DNA of 48,073 bases from Bdellovibrionales bacterium (GTDB taxonomy: Bacteria > Bdellovibrionota > Bdellovibrionia > Bdellovibrionales > UBA1609), in the NCBI GenBank assembly GCA_051011135.1, contig JBPCUO010000037.1, positions 1 through 48,073 on the forward strand, read 5' to 3'. A program made the position numbers and the translations under genes. Below, one piece after another: positions 37,273 through 47,402 of the stretch (its first letter is position 1; each line of letters begins with the position of its first letter). Below the pieces are notes generated by a model. It had not been told where the DNA came from. It did not search any database and saw only the letters and a program-made list of their open reading frames with translations.

Positions 37273-37980
37273 TTATAAGACTCCAAACTTTCGTTCTGTT
37301 ACAGAATATTTTTTAAGAGCTAAGTTCAAGCATTTTTCATCAAAGTCTGGCCATAAAGTCTCTGTAAAATAAAGCTCTGAATACGCTGCAGACCAAAGGT
37401 AAAAGTTAGAAAGCCTTAAGTTACCACCTGTTCTTATAATTAAATCAGGCTCGGGAAATTGAGAAGAGGGTAGAAAAGAAGCAAATTGCTCTTCCCCTAA
37501 ATCTTCCTCTTTTAACTCACCGGATTGAATTTTTTGAAAAACAGATCTAGCTCCATTGACAATTTCCTGACGACCTCCGTAATTCAAAGCAATAATCAAG
37601 GTTAGCCCCTGATGATTTTTGGTTTTTTCTTGAAGATGGGTGATTTGATCTTGAAGCTGATCTGAAAAAAAAGAAACATCTCCTAAAACACAAAGTCTGA
37701 TTTTTTTTTCCATTAAAAACGCGACTTCTTTTGCGAGAATTTTTTCAAAAATTTTAACTAAAGCCACCAGTTCTGATTCAGGCCTTAAAGTATTTTCTGT
37801 ACTTAAAGTAAACAAGCTTAAGTAAGGAATATTTAAATCAACACATTTTGAAACAATGGCTTGAGCGGTTTTAGCTCCTTGAGTATGACCAAAAAATCTT
37901 TTATGTTTTCTTTGATGAGCCCAACGCCCATTTCCATCCATAATAATTGCAAGGTGTTTAAAAGAGTTTAGATTCAACAA
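37273..37980 (-). CDS. uppS: undecaprenyl (di-trans,poly-cis) diphosphate synthase
   Basis: HLAIIMDGNGRWA, FSTEN-like LSTEN, and IRTGG..RLSNFLLW-like IRTGGNLRLSNFYLW. Confidence 0.93.
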   Translation of the reverse strand: MLNLNSFKHLAIIMDGNGRWAHQRKHKRFFGHTQGAKTAQAIVSKCVDLNIPYLSLFTLSTENTLRPESELVALVKIFEKILAKEVAFLMEKKIRLCVLGDVSFFSDQLQDQITHLQEKTKNHQGLTLIIALNYGGRQEIVNGARSVFQKIQSGELKEEDLGEEQFASFLPSSQFPEPDLIIRTGGNLRLSNFYLWSAAYSELYFTETLWPDFDEKCLNLALKKYSVTERKFGVL

Positions 37981-37984
37981 AAAA

Positions 37985-38545
37985 TTAAATCTCCATAATT
38001 TCTTTTTCTTTAGAAGATAAAAGCTGATCGACTTGTTTAATAAATTGGTCTGTTATTTTTTGAAGATCCTCATTCCATTTTCTAAACTCATCCTCGCTGA
38101 TTTCTTTATCCTTCAACTTTTTTTTAACATCTTCATTCACTTGACGGCGATTGTTTCTTAAATCCACACGACACTTTTCCGCTTCTTTTTTGATTTCTTT
38201 GATGAGGTCTTTCCTTCGCTCTTCTGTTAATTCAGGAATTGTAATCCTTATTAATTTTCCATCATTTTGAGGATTTAATCCCAGGTTCGCTTTAATTAAA
38301 GCTTGCTCTATATCTTTTAAAGATTTCATATCAAAAGGAGTTACCACAAGAGTTCGCGGTGCAGAGATTGAAATCGTTGCCATTTGAGATAAAGGAGTTA
38401 AACTTCCGTAGTAAGAAACCTTAATAGGCTCTAACAAAGAAGATTGAGCTCTTCCTGTTCTTAATGTTCTTAAACGAGAGCTAAAAGATTCTACATTATC
38501 TCCCATTTTTTGATTCACTTTGTTTTTATATGCTTCCATCCCCAT
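37985..38545 (-). CDS. frr: ribosome recycling factor
   Basis: Typical RRF sequence (LRTGRAQSSLLEPIKVSYYGS, NLGLNPQNDG..IRI.IPELTEERRK). It lies in the pyrH-frr context. Confidence 0.95.
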   Translation of the reverse strand: MGMEAYKNKVNQKMGDNVESFSSRLRTLRTGRAQSSLLEPIKVSYYGSLTPLSQMATISISAPRTLVVTPFDMKSLKDIEQALIKANLGLNPQNDGKLIRITIPELTEERRKDLIKEIKKEAEKCRVDLRNNRRQVNEDVKKKLKDKEISEDEFRKWNEDLQKITDQFIKQVDQLLSSKEKEIMEI

Positions 38546-39267
38546 TAACCTTTATAATTTATAATTGTACCTATTTTTTCTCCACAGACAACTTTCACTA
38601 AATTACCTTTTGTTTTTAAATTAAAAGCAATTAAATCTAGCTTATTATCCATGCATAAACTAATTGCTGCAGAATCCATAATTTTTAATTCTTTATTCAG
38701 CATCTCTATATAACTGATTTGATCAAATTTTTTGCTCGTTTTATCTTTTTCAGGATCTTTATCAAAAACACCATCAACCTTGGTCGCTTTTAACAAAACA
38801 TCGGCTTCTATTTCCATAGCTCTTAAAGCAGCCGCTGTATCTGTTGTAAAATAAGGATTCCCTGTTCCTCCAGAAAAAATTAAAAGTCTGTCTTTTTCTA
38901 AATGACGAATCGCTCGACGACGAATATAAGGCTCAGCAATATCGGAAAGTTCAATGGCTGACATCACTCGTGTCGATACGCCTTTTTGCTCTAAAACATC
39001 TTGTAAGGCTAGAGCATTGATACAAGTTGCAAGCATTCCCATGTAATCGCAATTGACTCGATCCATTCCTTCTTCAGAAGCTGATAAGCCACGAAAGATA
39101 TTTCCTCCTCCTATGACCACACCAATTTGTAGACCCATGTCCTTAGCTTCTTTTAATTCTTTAGCAAATTGTCTTAAAGTCTCTCCATTAATACCAAAAC
39201 CTTTGTCTCCAGAAAGAGCTTCTCCACTAATCTTTAAAAGTATTCTTTTATACGCTGCTTTGGGCAA
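38545..39267 (-). CDS. pyrH: UMP kinase
   Basis: [23 protein letters not shown] and [16 protein letters not shown]. Confidence 0.96.
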   Translation of the reverse strand: MPKAAYKRILLKISGEALSGDKGFGINGETLRQFAKELKEAKDMGLQIGVVIGGGNIFRGLSASEEGMDRVNCDYMGMLATCINALALQDVLEQKGVSTRVMSAIELSDIAEPYIRRRAIRHLEKDRLLIFSGGTGNPYFTTDTAAALRAMEIEADVLLKATKVDGVFDKDPEKDKTSKKFDQISYIEMLNKELKIMDSAAISLCMDNKLDLIAFNLKTKGNLVKVVCGEKIGTIINYKG

Positions 39268-39270
39268 GAG

Positions 39271-39933
39271 TTAACTCTTTGCCATTTCTTTAACTTCTTT
39301 AGCAAAATCAGATTTTTTTTCAGGCGTTGTCTCTCCAAGTTCATAACGAACAAAACGACGGATAACAATATTTTCACCTATTTTAGAAATCAAATCACTT
39401 AAAGCCTCTCTAACTTTTTGTGGTTTTTCTTGTTGCTCTTGACGAACAAAATCTTGATCTAATAAACAAACTTCTTCCAGCCATTTGTTATAAATGCCTT
39501 CTGCAATACGATCTACCATTTCTGGTTTTTTTGCTTTTTGTCTAGCTTGTTCTTTACAAATGTTTTTTTCTTTTAAAGCGACCTCTTCTGAAATTTCATC
39601 TTTATGCGTAAACAAAGGTTGCATCGCTGTAATATGCAAGGTCAAATCTTCTACAAAATTTTGAAATTCTTTGTTACGAGCCACAAAGTCTGTTTCTGAA
39701 TTCACTTCTAAAAGGACACCAATACGACCCTGTCCATGCACATAAGAAGCCACTAAACCTTCGCCAGCTTGTCGTCCTGATTTTTTAGCAGCTCGACTTA
39801 AACCTTTTTTTCTTAACCACTCAACTGCTTTTTCAAAATTATTTTTATTAGAAGTTAAAGCTTCTTTGCAATCTACAATTCCTGCACCAGTTTGTTGTCT
39901 TAACTTTTTAACATCTTCCAAGTTATTAGACAC
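39271..39933 (-). CDS. tsf: translation elongation factor Ts (short form)
   Basis: [22 protein letters not shown]-like N-terminus and [14 protein letters not shown]. It lies downstream of rpsB. Confidence 0.93.
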   Translation of the reverse strand: MSNNLEDVKKLRQQTGAGIVDCKEALTSNKNNFEKAVEWLRKKGLSRAAKKSGRQAGEGLVASYVHGQGRIGVLLEVNSETDFVARNKEFQNFVEDLTLHITAMQPLFTHKDEISEEVALKEKNICKEQARQKAKKPEMVDRIAEGIYNKWLEEVCLLDQDFVRQEQQEKPQKVREALSDLISKIGENIVIRRFVRYELGETTPEKKSDFAKEVKEMAKS

Positions 39934-39939
39934 AACAAC

Positions 39940-40872
39940 TTATCCTTTGCTTTCTTCTGATTCTTTTTTGGTTTTTTCTTTTTCTAACGAAGGAGGAGTC
40001 CCTTCCGTTTTTTGTGTTTCTGTTTTTTGTGTTTCTGAATCCAATTCCAATTCAATTTCTGTATCTTCTGCCATCCCCGCAGCCACTAAAGTTCTTGTTT
40101 TGTTAACTTGCACGACCGTTAAACCGTCTGACTTTGTAGTTTCTTGCTTATGAGAAACAGCAACTTTTTTTGTATCTTTACCTGTTTTTTCCCAACCTTT
40201 TAGACAAGCCTCTCCAACAAGCTCTGTAAAAAATTTAATCGAGCGATTGGAATCATCATTAGCAGGAATAGGATAAGCGATATCCGTTGGATCACAATTG
40301 GTATCTACAATAGCGACCACAGGTATTTTTAATCTTTTGGCTTCGCTCACTGCAATTTTTTCTTTATTGATATCTACAACAAAAAGAGCGGCAGGCACAT
40401 CTTTCATATCTTTAATGCCACAAAAAAATTCTTCCATTTTTAAATATTCTTTTTCAATTTTATTTCTTTCTTTTTTAGAGTAACGATCCAGATCAAATCT
40501 TTCTTTCATTTGTTGAATCTTTTTCATACGATCAATACTCACTTTGATCGTTAAGAAATTTGTTAGCGTTCCACCCAACCATCTTTTATTCACATAAAAT
40601 TGATGACTTTTTTCAGCCGCTTCGCGAGTGCTTGCCAAAGCCTGAGGTTTTGTTCCTACAAAAACAATCTTTCCTCCTCGAGCCGTTGTTTCTTCTAAAA
40701 ATTGAAGAGCTTTTTTGGTGTAGTTAAGAGTTTTTTGAAGATCGATAATATGAATACCACCTTGTTCTGTATAAACAAAAGGTTTCATCTTAGGATTCCA
40801 TTTTTGAATCTCATGACCAAAATGCACCCCGGCAGTGATCATATTTTTAATATTTAATTCTTGTAAGGACAT
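39940..40872 (-). CDS. rpsB: 30S ribosomal protein S2 with an acidic/Lys-rich C-terminal extension
   Basis: MSLQELNIKNMITAGVHFGHEIQKWNPKM... I take the start at the ATG at 40872; the residues upstream of it in the track ORF look non-native. Confidence 0.93.
   Translation of the reverse strand: MSLQELNIKNMITAGVHFGHEIQKWNPKMKPFVYTEQGGIHIIDLQKTLNYTKKALQFLEETTARGGKIVFVGTKPQALASTREAAEKSHQFYVNKRWLGGTLTNFLTIKVSIDRMKKIQQMKERFDLDRYSKKERNKIEKEYLKMEEFFCGIKDMKDVPAALFVVDINKEKIAVSEAKRLKIPVVAIVDTNCDPTDIAYPIPANDDSNRSIKFFTELVGEACLKGWEKTGKDTKKVAVSHKQETTKSDGLTVVQVNKTRTLVAAGMAEDTEIELELDSETQKTETQKTEGTPPSLEKEKTKKESEESKG
40007..40036. repeat. perfect 2 x 15-nt tandem repeat inside the rpsB 3' extension
   Basis: gttttttgtgtttct is repeated head to tail. 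On the minus strand it encodes TQKTE-TQKTE. Confidence 0.9.
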
Positions 40873-40950
40873 ATTTCTATTTTCTCTATCATAGTCTCTG
40901 GAAAAAAAGCAACAATTCTTCAAGGTTTTTCTCGAAAAACAGCTCCTTTT

Positions 40951-42930
40951 TTAAATCATAGAGCCCGGATCTCTATCTAACTTGACTCGTACAAAAGCTT
41001 TTTCTTTAAAAGATTTTAAAAAATCCTCTAGAAAATTTTGCAAAACACCAGAATGAAGGCTCTTTATTAAAATTTGAAATCGATAGCGGTTTTTGATTTT
41101 AAAAATAGGAGCAGGGCTAGGTCCCAAAAGAATAAAATTCTCAGCAGGTTTTTTCTTTTCAGCCAGTTGGGCCAGCTCTTTTATAAACTGCTTTCCTTCC
41201 TCTTCTTTTAAGCTATCTACCTCTATTAAACAAAGACGAGAAAAGGGAGGATAAAAGAGTTTTTTTCTTATTTTTAACTCTTCTTTAGCAAAAGCTTCGT
41301 AATCATGATTTTTCATAAAATTTAAACTTAAGTGCCCAGGATTAAAAGTCTGAAGCAAAACTTCTCCGCCTTCTTTTCTTCCCGCTCGACCCGCCATTTG
41401 CAATAAAATTTGAAAAGTTCTTTCTGTCGCTCTAAAATCTGGAAAATGAAATCCCATATCTGCTAATAAAAGACCTACCAGTTCAATGGAAGGAAAGTCT
41501 AATCCCTTAGAAAGCATTTGAGTTCCTATAATAATTTGAGCTTCTTTTTTTTCTACAACTTTCATAAAATTTTCCATTTCCTGTCTCGAATCAATAGCGT
41601 CTCTATCGGCTCGAATCACTCGAACTTCTGGAAATAAATTTTTAATCACTTGCTCAACGCCTTCTGTTCCTAAGCCTTTTTCTAGCCACTTGTCTTTTGA
41701 TTGGCAGTTAGGGCATCTATCAGGTTTTTTTTCCACATAAGAACAATAGTGGCACAAAAGATGTTGGGATTGATGAAGGGTTAGCGTCAAATCACAGTTA
41801 GGGCAACTTAAACAATATCCACATTGCTTACATAAAAGAGAATGCGCGACCCCTCTACGATTTAAAAAAAGAGCGACTTGTTTGTCTCGGCTTAAAGTTT
41901 CTTGGATTTGAACAAAAAGTTTTTCACTTAACCAAAAAGGACCCTCTTTAGATTGATTTTCTTTTAAATCCACAATGCTCACTGAAGGAAGCGCTTGTTG
42001 AAAAGCTCTTTTTGTAAGTTTATGAAGTTGATAGAAGCCTTTGTCGGCCTGATGCCAAGAAGAAAGAGAAGGAGTCGCTGAACCTAAGACAATAGGCAGA
42101 TCTAATTCCTTGGCTAAAACAATAGCACTGTCTCGGGCGTTGTATCTAAATTTTTCTTCTTGTTTAAAACTTCCATCATGCTCTTCATCAACAATAATTA
42201 AACCGAGCTTTGGCAAAGGACAAAATAAAGCAGAGCGGGTTCCTATTAAAATAGATTTTTTTTGATTTAAAAACTGCTGCCATACATCTGTTTTTTTTCT
42301 AGGAGTAATTTGAGAATGCAACACTCCCACTTGATCAGGAAAAGTTTCAGAAAATCTTTGAACAATTTGTGGTGTTAAAAAAATTTCTGGAAGAAGCAGC
42401 AAAACTTGCCGGCCTTTTTTTAAAACATCCTCTGTTAACTTTTTATAAACTTCTGTTTTTCCACTTCCTGTGACTCCATAAAGCAAATGTGTCTTAAATT
42501 GAGAATTTGATAAGATGGATGTCACGCATTTTTCTTGTTCTTCATTTAGTTTAAGTTGTTTTGTTTTTAGAGGAGTGGCTTTTTCTTCCTCTAGCTCGGT
42601 GTTTTTCTTTTTTTTAAAAACTAAAGGCGGGAAACTTAAATCGGCCACGAGGCCTAAAGGATAAAAATAATAACGACTTAACCACTTCAACCAATTGAGT
42701 CTCCCCTGGGAAAGAGGGGGATAATCCTCTTCAACTTTTAAAATCGCTTTTAAATTTTTATATTTATGAGCCTGAGGATCTTCTTGAAATACTAAAGCAG
42801 AAACTTGCCGTTTTCCTAAAGGGACTTCTACTTTTTGCCCTAAAGATAATGGAGTCGAAGATTGATAGCTTAAAGTTTTAAATAAAGGGCTTTTTAAAGC
42901 CACTTCATAGTAATAAGTAGAATTTTTCAT
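40951..42930 (-). CDS. priA: primosomal protein N' (replication restart helicase)
   Basis: Walker A GVTGSGKTEVY, DEEHD, and a Cys-rich zinc module CKQCGYCLSCPNCD...CHYC...CPNC. Confidence 0.93.
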   Translation of the reverse strand: MKNSTYYYEVALKSPLFKTLSYQSSTPLSLGQKVEVPLGKRQVSALVFQEDPQAHKYKNLKAILKVEEDYPPLSQGRLNWLKWLSRYYFYPLGLVADLSFPPLVFKKKKNTELEEEKATPLKTKQLKLNEEQEKCVTSILSNSQFKTHLLYGVTGSGKTEVYKKLTEDVLKKGRQVLLLLPEIFLTPQIVQRFSETFPDQVGVLHSQITPRKKTDVWQQFLNQKKSILIGTRSALFCPLPKLGLIIVDEEHDGSFKQEEKFRYNARDSAIVLAKELDLPIVLGSATPSLSSWHQADKGFYQLHKLTKRAFQQALPSVSIVDLKENQSKEGPFWLSEKLFVQIQETLSRDKQVALFLNRRGVAHSLLCKQCGYCLSCPNCDLTLTLHQSQHLLCHYCSYVEKKPDRCPNCQSKDKWLEKGLGTEGVEQVIKNLFPEVRVIRADRDAIDSRQEMENFMKVVEKKEAQIIIGTQMLSKGLDFPSIELVGLLLADMGFHFPDFRATERTFQILLQMAGRAGRKEGGEVLLQTFNPGHLSLNFMKNHDYEAFAKEELKIRKKLFYPPFSRLCLIEVDSLKEEEGKQFIKELAQLAEKKKPAENFILLGPSPAPIFKIKNRYRFQILIKSLHSGVLQNFLEDFLKSFKEKAFVRVKLDRDPGSMI

Positions 42931-43026
42931 CTTTTTCCCAAGTCTTGTTTTTATTCCCAGTTTTTTTCTCTAAAACTCTTTAGTTTTAGCATGCTTTAAC
43001 CGATTATTTTATAACAGGGTTTATTT

Positions 43027-44304
43027 ATGAGTTTAATAAAAAAAAGCACCATTTTCTTCTTCTTGATTTCCGGTATTTCTTGCACAATCAATCCTGGAAT
43101 CAACCAAGCTTCTAATACTCCTTTTGCCTCAACCAATTATCAGCCTCGTCCTCCTTTTAACCCGAATGCCCCTAATCCTCAAATTAATCCGAATAATCCC
43201 AATCCTCAAACGCCAAATCAACCTGCTGCTCCGGCTCCTGGGTTTCAAAATACTTATTATCCTTTTGATCTTGTTGTCGACACAATAGCCTTTATGGAAT
43301 GCCCCGGTAGAATTCATGCTAACAACCTTAACTTTTTTACTTTTAAATTTGCTTCTTATCGTGAAGGAGTTGGTTTTAATAAAAGTTTTTTAAAAAATTT
43401 TCCTAAGGATCTTTATACTGTCCCAAATATTAAATCTACAATAAAAAGTTCTCAATACTTACAAACGGAAGCAAAAATTGCATTAACTGAAATAGGAGCT
43501 CCTACAGTCCCGTATAATGTAAGTGGTGGCCAAACAAATGGTGTCGCTCGCTTTCGTCCTGAATTTTCTACTTATGGTTTTGTTGACTCTCTTTTTGCTT
43601 CACCTAAGCATAAATTGTTAGAAATTGCAAAAGGAAGAAAACTAGAAGCTAATTTTCCTATTGCAGCTGGTAGCCTTTCTAGTATCACTTCTTCTCTTGG
43701 AGAAAATCTTGAGTTTACCCTAACTTATAATAAAGCAGCAAAAGATAGTTTATATCCTATTGCTTTAAAAGAAGGTCTTTTTTATGGAAGATCTTATGGG
43801 ATTGAATTAGAAGGGGGGCTTTATGAAAAAAGCTATTTATCCGAAATTGAAGAGAAAAATCTTGCAACAGGGAAAAAAGAAAAGTCTTGGGATTGCCCAA
43901 GTAGATTAAGAATTCCTATTCTTCGACATAGCTCTATAACTCAGCAAGTTTATAACCAAGGTGTCGCTTACTTTAAATATCATAACATTTCCCAAGAAGG
44001 ATCTTGTGTAACTGATCGCGCTCGAACAGGGCTGAGTAACAGTGATAAAGAATTTATAAAACTTATTCTTTCAAAAAATGCTTTTTCTATTGGAGAAGTT
44101 CATCTTTGGAAAGAGGGTAAGCTAGAAGGAACAAGAAGGCCTTGTATTGTTCCAAGAGATGGTAACCATAGATGTTATAGCATAAATAATCTAGCAAGAA
44201 TAGAATTTGATACGAGTAAAGCATGTAGTTTTGAAACTAATAATCAAGGTCAATATTTAAAATATTGCCCAACTTATCTTTCAGTTTGCACAAGAAGAAA
44301 ATAA
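43027..44304 (+). CDS. hypothetical lipoprotein with a Pro/Asn-rich linker and a Cys-rich body
   Basis: A signal peptide with a lipobox-like LISGISC. Next comes the low-complexity stretch NYQPRPPFNPNAPNPQINPNNPNPQTPNQPAAPAP. The remaining domain of about 350 aa has 8 further Cys and belongs to no family I recognise. Confidence 0.6.
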   Translation: MSLIKKSTIFFFLISGISCTINPGINQASNTPFASTNYQPRPPFNPNAPNPQINPNNPNPQTPNQPAAPAPGFQNTYYPFDLVVDTIAFMECPGRIHANNLNFFTFKFASYREGVGFNKSFLKNFPKDLYTVPNIKSTIKSSQYLQTEAKIALTEIGAPTVPYNVSGGQTNGVARFRPEFSTYGFVDSLFASPKHKLLEIAKGRKLEANFPIAAGSLSSITSSLGENLEFTLTYNKAAKDSLYPIALKEGLFYGRSYGIELEGGLYEKSYLSEIEEKNLATGKKEKSWDCPSRLRIPILRHSSITQQVYNQGVAYFKYHNISQEGSCVTDRARTGLSNSDKEFIKLILSKNAFSIGEVHLWKEGKLEGTRRPCIVPRDGNHRCYSINNLARIEFDTSKACSFETNNQGQYLKYCPTYLSVCTRRK

Positions 44305-44352
44305 TTTCTTTTACTTTTGACAGAATTTCTTTTTTAAATCATCCTTTAAAAA

Positions 44353-45192
44353 ATGAAAATCTATCTCCCTCTTCTTTTTTTAATCTTAGAAGCTCAAGCT
44401 CTTTATGCCAGTCCTACATCTTCTCAAACCTTATTATCTTCTCCTTTTCATTTAGCTTATCAAGGTGCTGGTATTGCTTCTTTTGGAGAAAACTTTTCTT
44501 ATCTTTTAAATCCAGCCGCTTTAGGTTTTCATAGACGATCTAAATCCGCTTTGGCTTACACTAGGAAGCAAGATAAAAACCAAATGCTCAGTTTTGCTAT
44601 TACAGATTTAAAATCAGGATTTCCGCTAGGTTTTAACTATGAACGATACTGGTCTTCTCAGTTCACTAAAGAAGATCTTTATAAAGTTCATATATCTTCT
44701 GGAGTTGCTATCAATCCTTTTCTTGCTTTTGGAGTTAATATAGAACGAGAAGTTTTTAAAAAAGAAAAAAAATGGTATGGAAGCTTGGGAGCTTTACTTC
44801 GAATCAGTTCCAAAACAGGTATAGGCTTAACAGCAAATGATCTCGTTTTTTATAATGATTCTTCCCTGCAAAATCAGAGATCTAAATCTTTAAATCTAGG
44901 ATTTTATCAAAAATTTTTAAAAAGCTTTAGAGCTCGGTTAGATGTTTCTTATCAAAAAGGGGGGGCTACAAATTTGATTCAAGATGATTATTGGATGGGA
45001 AAAGCTTCTATAGAAAGTTTTTTAAGAAAGTTTATTGTTGTAAGATTAGGCTCTTCTTTTAATTTTGAAACTAAGGAAGATACTTATGGTGCAGGTCTTT
45101 CTTTTTATGGACCTAAGCTGCAACTGGATTATCAAACGGAAAAAAGACAATCCTTTTATCAACATGCTCTTATTTTAAAACTTCTGATTTAA
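44353..45192 (+). CDS. hypothetical outer-membrane beta-barrel-like protein
   Basis: A cleavable signal peptide (MKIYLPLLFLILEAQALYA). Alternating hydrophobic and polar strand-like segments run throughout (GFNYERYW, LNLGFYQKF, RARLDVSYQ, GAGLSFYGPKLQLDYQ). Confidence 0.5.
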   Translation: MKIYLPLLFLILEAQALYASPTSSQTLLSSPFHLAYQGAGIASFGENFSYLLNPAALGFHRRSKSALAYTRKQDKNQMLSFAITDLKSGFPLGFNYERYWSSQFTKEDLYKVHISSGVAINPFLAFGVNIEREVFKKEKKWYGSLGALLRISSKTGIGLTANDLVFYNDSSLQNQRSKSLNLGFYQKFLKSFRARLDVSYQKGGATNLIQDDYWMGKASIESFLRKFIVVRLGSSFNFETKEDTYGAGLSFYGPKLQLDYQTEKRQSFYQHALILKLLI

Positions 45193-46364
45193 TTTTTTTT
45201 ATTTTTATGGCGAAGTTGCAATCGATCCGCTTGCTCACCTTGCAAAACAAAATTCAATCGATGTTCAACCCAAGTTTCTTGATCTGGTAAAAACTCATAG
45301 AGTGCCAAGAGTTTTAAAACATATTTATCTAGCTCGGAATATCCAGAAGATTGCCTTAAAGAAATTTCATTTACAATTCCTTCCTTAGAAATAAAATAAT
45401 GAAGAATAATTTGTCCTTCCATTTTATTTCGTCTCGCAAAGTCAGGATAAGCAATTGGAGGATTCCCTCGTCTTTGTTTCATTTTAAAAAAGTTTTTAAA
45501 TCCCTTAGGAAGTTCTGAAGATTTAATTTTTTCAAAAGAAATTTTAGCGTCCTGTTTGCTAGGAGCTTTTGGTTTTTTAGAAGAATCGTTTCCATCTTCT
45601 TCTAAAATAGAATCTTCTGTCGGTTTTTCAAGAGATTCTTTTGCTGCTTCTGGAGCCCCTTCTGAGGACCCTTCTATATTGTTTTCAGAGCTCGGTTTAG
45701 CATCTTCTTTTGGAGTTGAATCTTTTTTATTGTTTTCAGAAGTTGTTTCTTTAGCTTCTTTTGGAGTAAGCTTGTTAGAAGAATCTTTGGCGGTATCTTC
45801 TAGAGACGCATCCTCTTTTGGTTTTTTAGAAGATTTTGCTTCTAAATTTTTAATAGGTTCCTTTTTTTGACTACCTTCTTTATCGAAGGATAATTCCTCA
45901 AACAAATCTTCCTTTTTTTCTAAAGCTTTGTTTTTTATATTCTCTAAAGCATCTCTTGCTTTTTGAGCTTCTTTTAAAGGGGAAAACCTCCCCTTTTTTG
46001 ATAAAGACGAATCTTCTAAGTTTTCATCAAGGGGCGGCTCTTTTGGAGAAGCTGCTTTTTTCCCTCGAAGATCTTGATTGGAAAATTCTAAGTCATTTGA
46101 TTTTGGTTTAGAGTTTTTTCTCCATTGAGAAAAAACTTTTTTAGACTTCGTTGGAGCTTGTGGTTTTGAATCCTGCTTGTTTCCTGCTTGGTTTTTGCTT
46201 AAAAAATTATTTTTCTCTAGATCTTTTTCTACTAAAGTTTCCTCTTTAGGGCCTAAACTTTCAACAGGTTTAGGAGCCTCTGTTTTGCGATGATTAAAAT
46301 AAAGAATCACTCCTCCTATTAAATGAACAAGAACAGAAATATAAATAAATTTTTTCAAACTCAT
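45189..46364 (-). CDS. TonB C-terminal domain protein with a very long K/E/S/P-rich linker
   Basis: An N-terminal TM anchor, about 270 aa of low complexity, then a TonB_C-like block PPIAYPDFARRNKMEGQIILHYFISKEGIVNEISLRQSSGYSELDKYVLKLL..YEFLP. Confidence 0.75.
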   Translation of the reverse strand: MSLKKFIYISVLVHLIGGVILYFNHRKTEAPKPVESLGPKEETLVEKDLEKNNFLSKNQAGNKQDSKPQAPTKSKKVFSQWRKNSKPKSNDLEFSNQDLRGKKAASPKEPPLDENLEDSSLSKKGRFSPLKEAQKARDALENIKNKALEKKEDLFEELSFDKEGSQKKEPIKNLEAKSSKKPKEDASLEDTAKDSSNKLTPKEAKETTSENNKKDSTPKEDAKPSSENNIEGSSEGAPEAAKESLEKPTEDSILEEDGNDSSKKPKAPSKQDAKISFEKIKSSELPKGFKNFFKMKQRRGNPPIAYPDFARRNKMEGQIILHYFISKEGIVNEISLRQSSGYSELDKYVLKLLALYEFLPDQETWVEHRLNFVLQGEQADRLQLRHKNKKN

Positions 46365-46388
46365 ATTTTTAATTTTAAACGATATCTT

Positions 46389-47393
46389 TTAAGAAACAAT
46401 CTTTTTACTAGCTTCTGACCAAGATTTTAAAGGGAATAGCTCCTTTCGTCTTGCTTTAAAAGCCTGTCGTTTCTCGAGGGAATTTTCTAAACAAGGAGCT
46501 AGATCTTTTTGTAAATCCTCCGCAAAAGATTCAAATTCTTCCAGAAAATCCAGCTCTCCCGAACAATGCAAAACCAGATCACAACCGGCTTGCAGAGTTT
46601 TTTTTATTTTTTCAGAATTAGAAAATTCTTTTAAAGCCAGCATCGTAATATCATCAGAGATCACAAGACCCTTAAAGCCTCTTTTATTTTTAAGCTCTTC
46701 TGTTAAAAGCAATTTTGAAAAGCTTGCCGGCAAGTTTTCAATATGAGGAAATTCAATATGAGCCGTCATAATACAAACATCTTCTTTATTAAAAAGAGTT
46801 TCAAAAATTTGTAATTGAGGCTGTAAATCCTGTAGAGACCTCAGATCTTTTGGTAAGATCTTATGAGAATCTTGCGACACTCCTCCATGCCCAGGGAAAT
46901 GTTTTAAACAAGCTTCCACGCCTCCCTGCTTTAATCCCCCGATAAAACAAAGGGCTTTTGTTGTAATATCTTCCGCCGTGCTGCCAAAGGTTCTTGTTTT
47001 TAATAAGGAGCTTTCTTCATGAGCCAGATCAACAACAGGTGCAAAATTAATATCAAAACCTAAGGCAGCAAGCATTTCTCCCAAAGCCTTTGCTGAAGCC
47101 AGAATGTCTTCCTCTTTTTTTTGAGACAACTCACTTGCAGAAGGCCAAGGAAAAGAGTTTTCAATATGGGAAAAGCGATTGACCCTGCCTCCTTCCATAT
47201 CGATACCAATCCAGGGAGCCGCTTTTCCTAAAGATTTAATCTCCTTGCACAGTTGATGGATTTGTTGAAAGTTTTTAAGATTCCTTTTAAAAAGAATCAC
47301 TCCTGCAACTTCTTGTTGAATTAAAAACTTTCTTTCTTTCGGGCTTAAACTGGTTGCTTTTAAACCTATTACCAAACTGGAACCTAATTTCAT
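46389..47393 (-). CDS. nagZ: beta-N-acetylhexosaminidase (GH3)
   Basis: GIDMEGGRV, and KHFPGHGGVSQDSH with the catalytic region VISDDITM. Size of about 334 aa is typical of NagZ. Confidence 0.88.
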   Translation of the reverse strand: MKLGSSLVIGLKATSLSPKERKFLIQQEVAGVILFKRNLKNFQQIHQLCKEIKSLGKAAPWIGIDMEGGRVNRFSHIENSFPWPSASELSQKKEEDILASAKALGEMLAALGFDINFAPVVDLAHEESSLLKTRTFGSTAEDITTKALCFIGGLKQGGVEACLKHFPGHGGVSQDSHKILPKDLRSLQDLQPQLQIFETLFNKEDVCIMTAHIEFPHIENLPASFSKLLLTEELKNKRGFKGLVISDDITMLALKEFSNSEKIKKTLQAGCDLVLHCSGELDFLEEFESFAEDLQKDLAPCLENSLEKRQAFKARRKELFPLKSWSEASKKIVS

Positions 47394-47402
47394 TGTTTTG
47401 CT

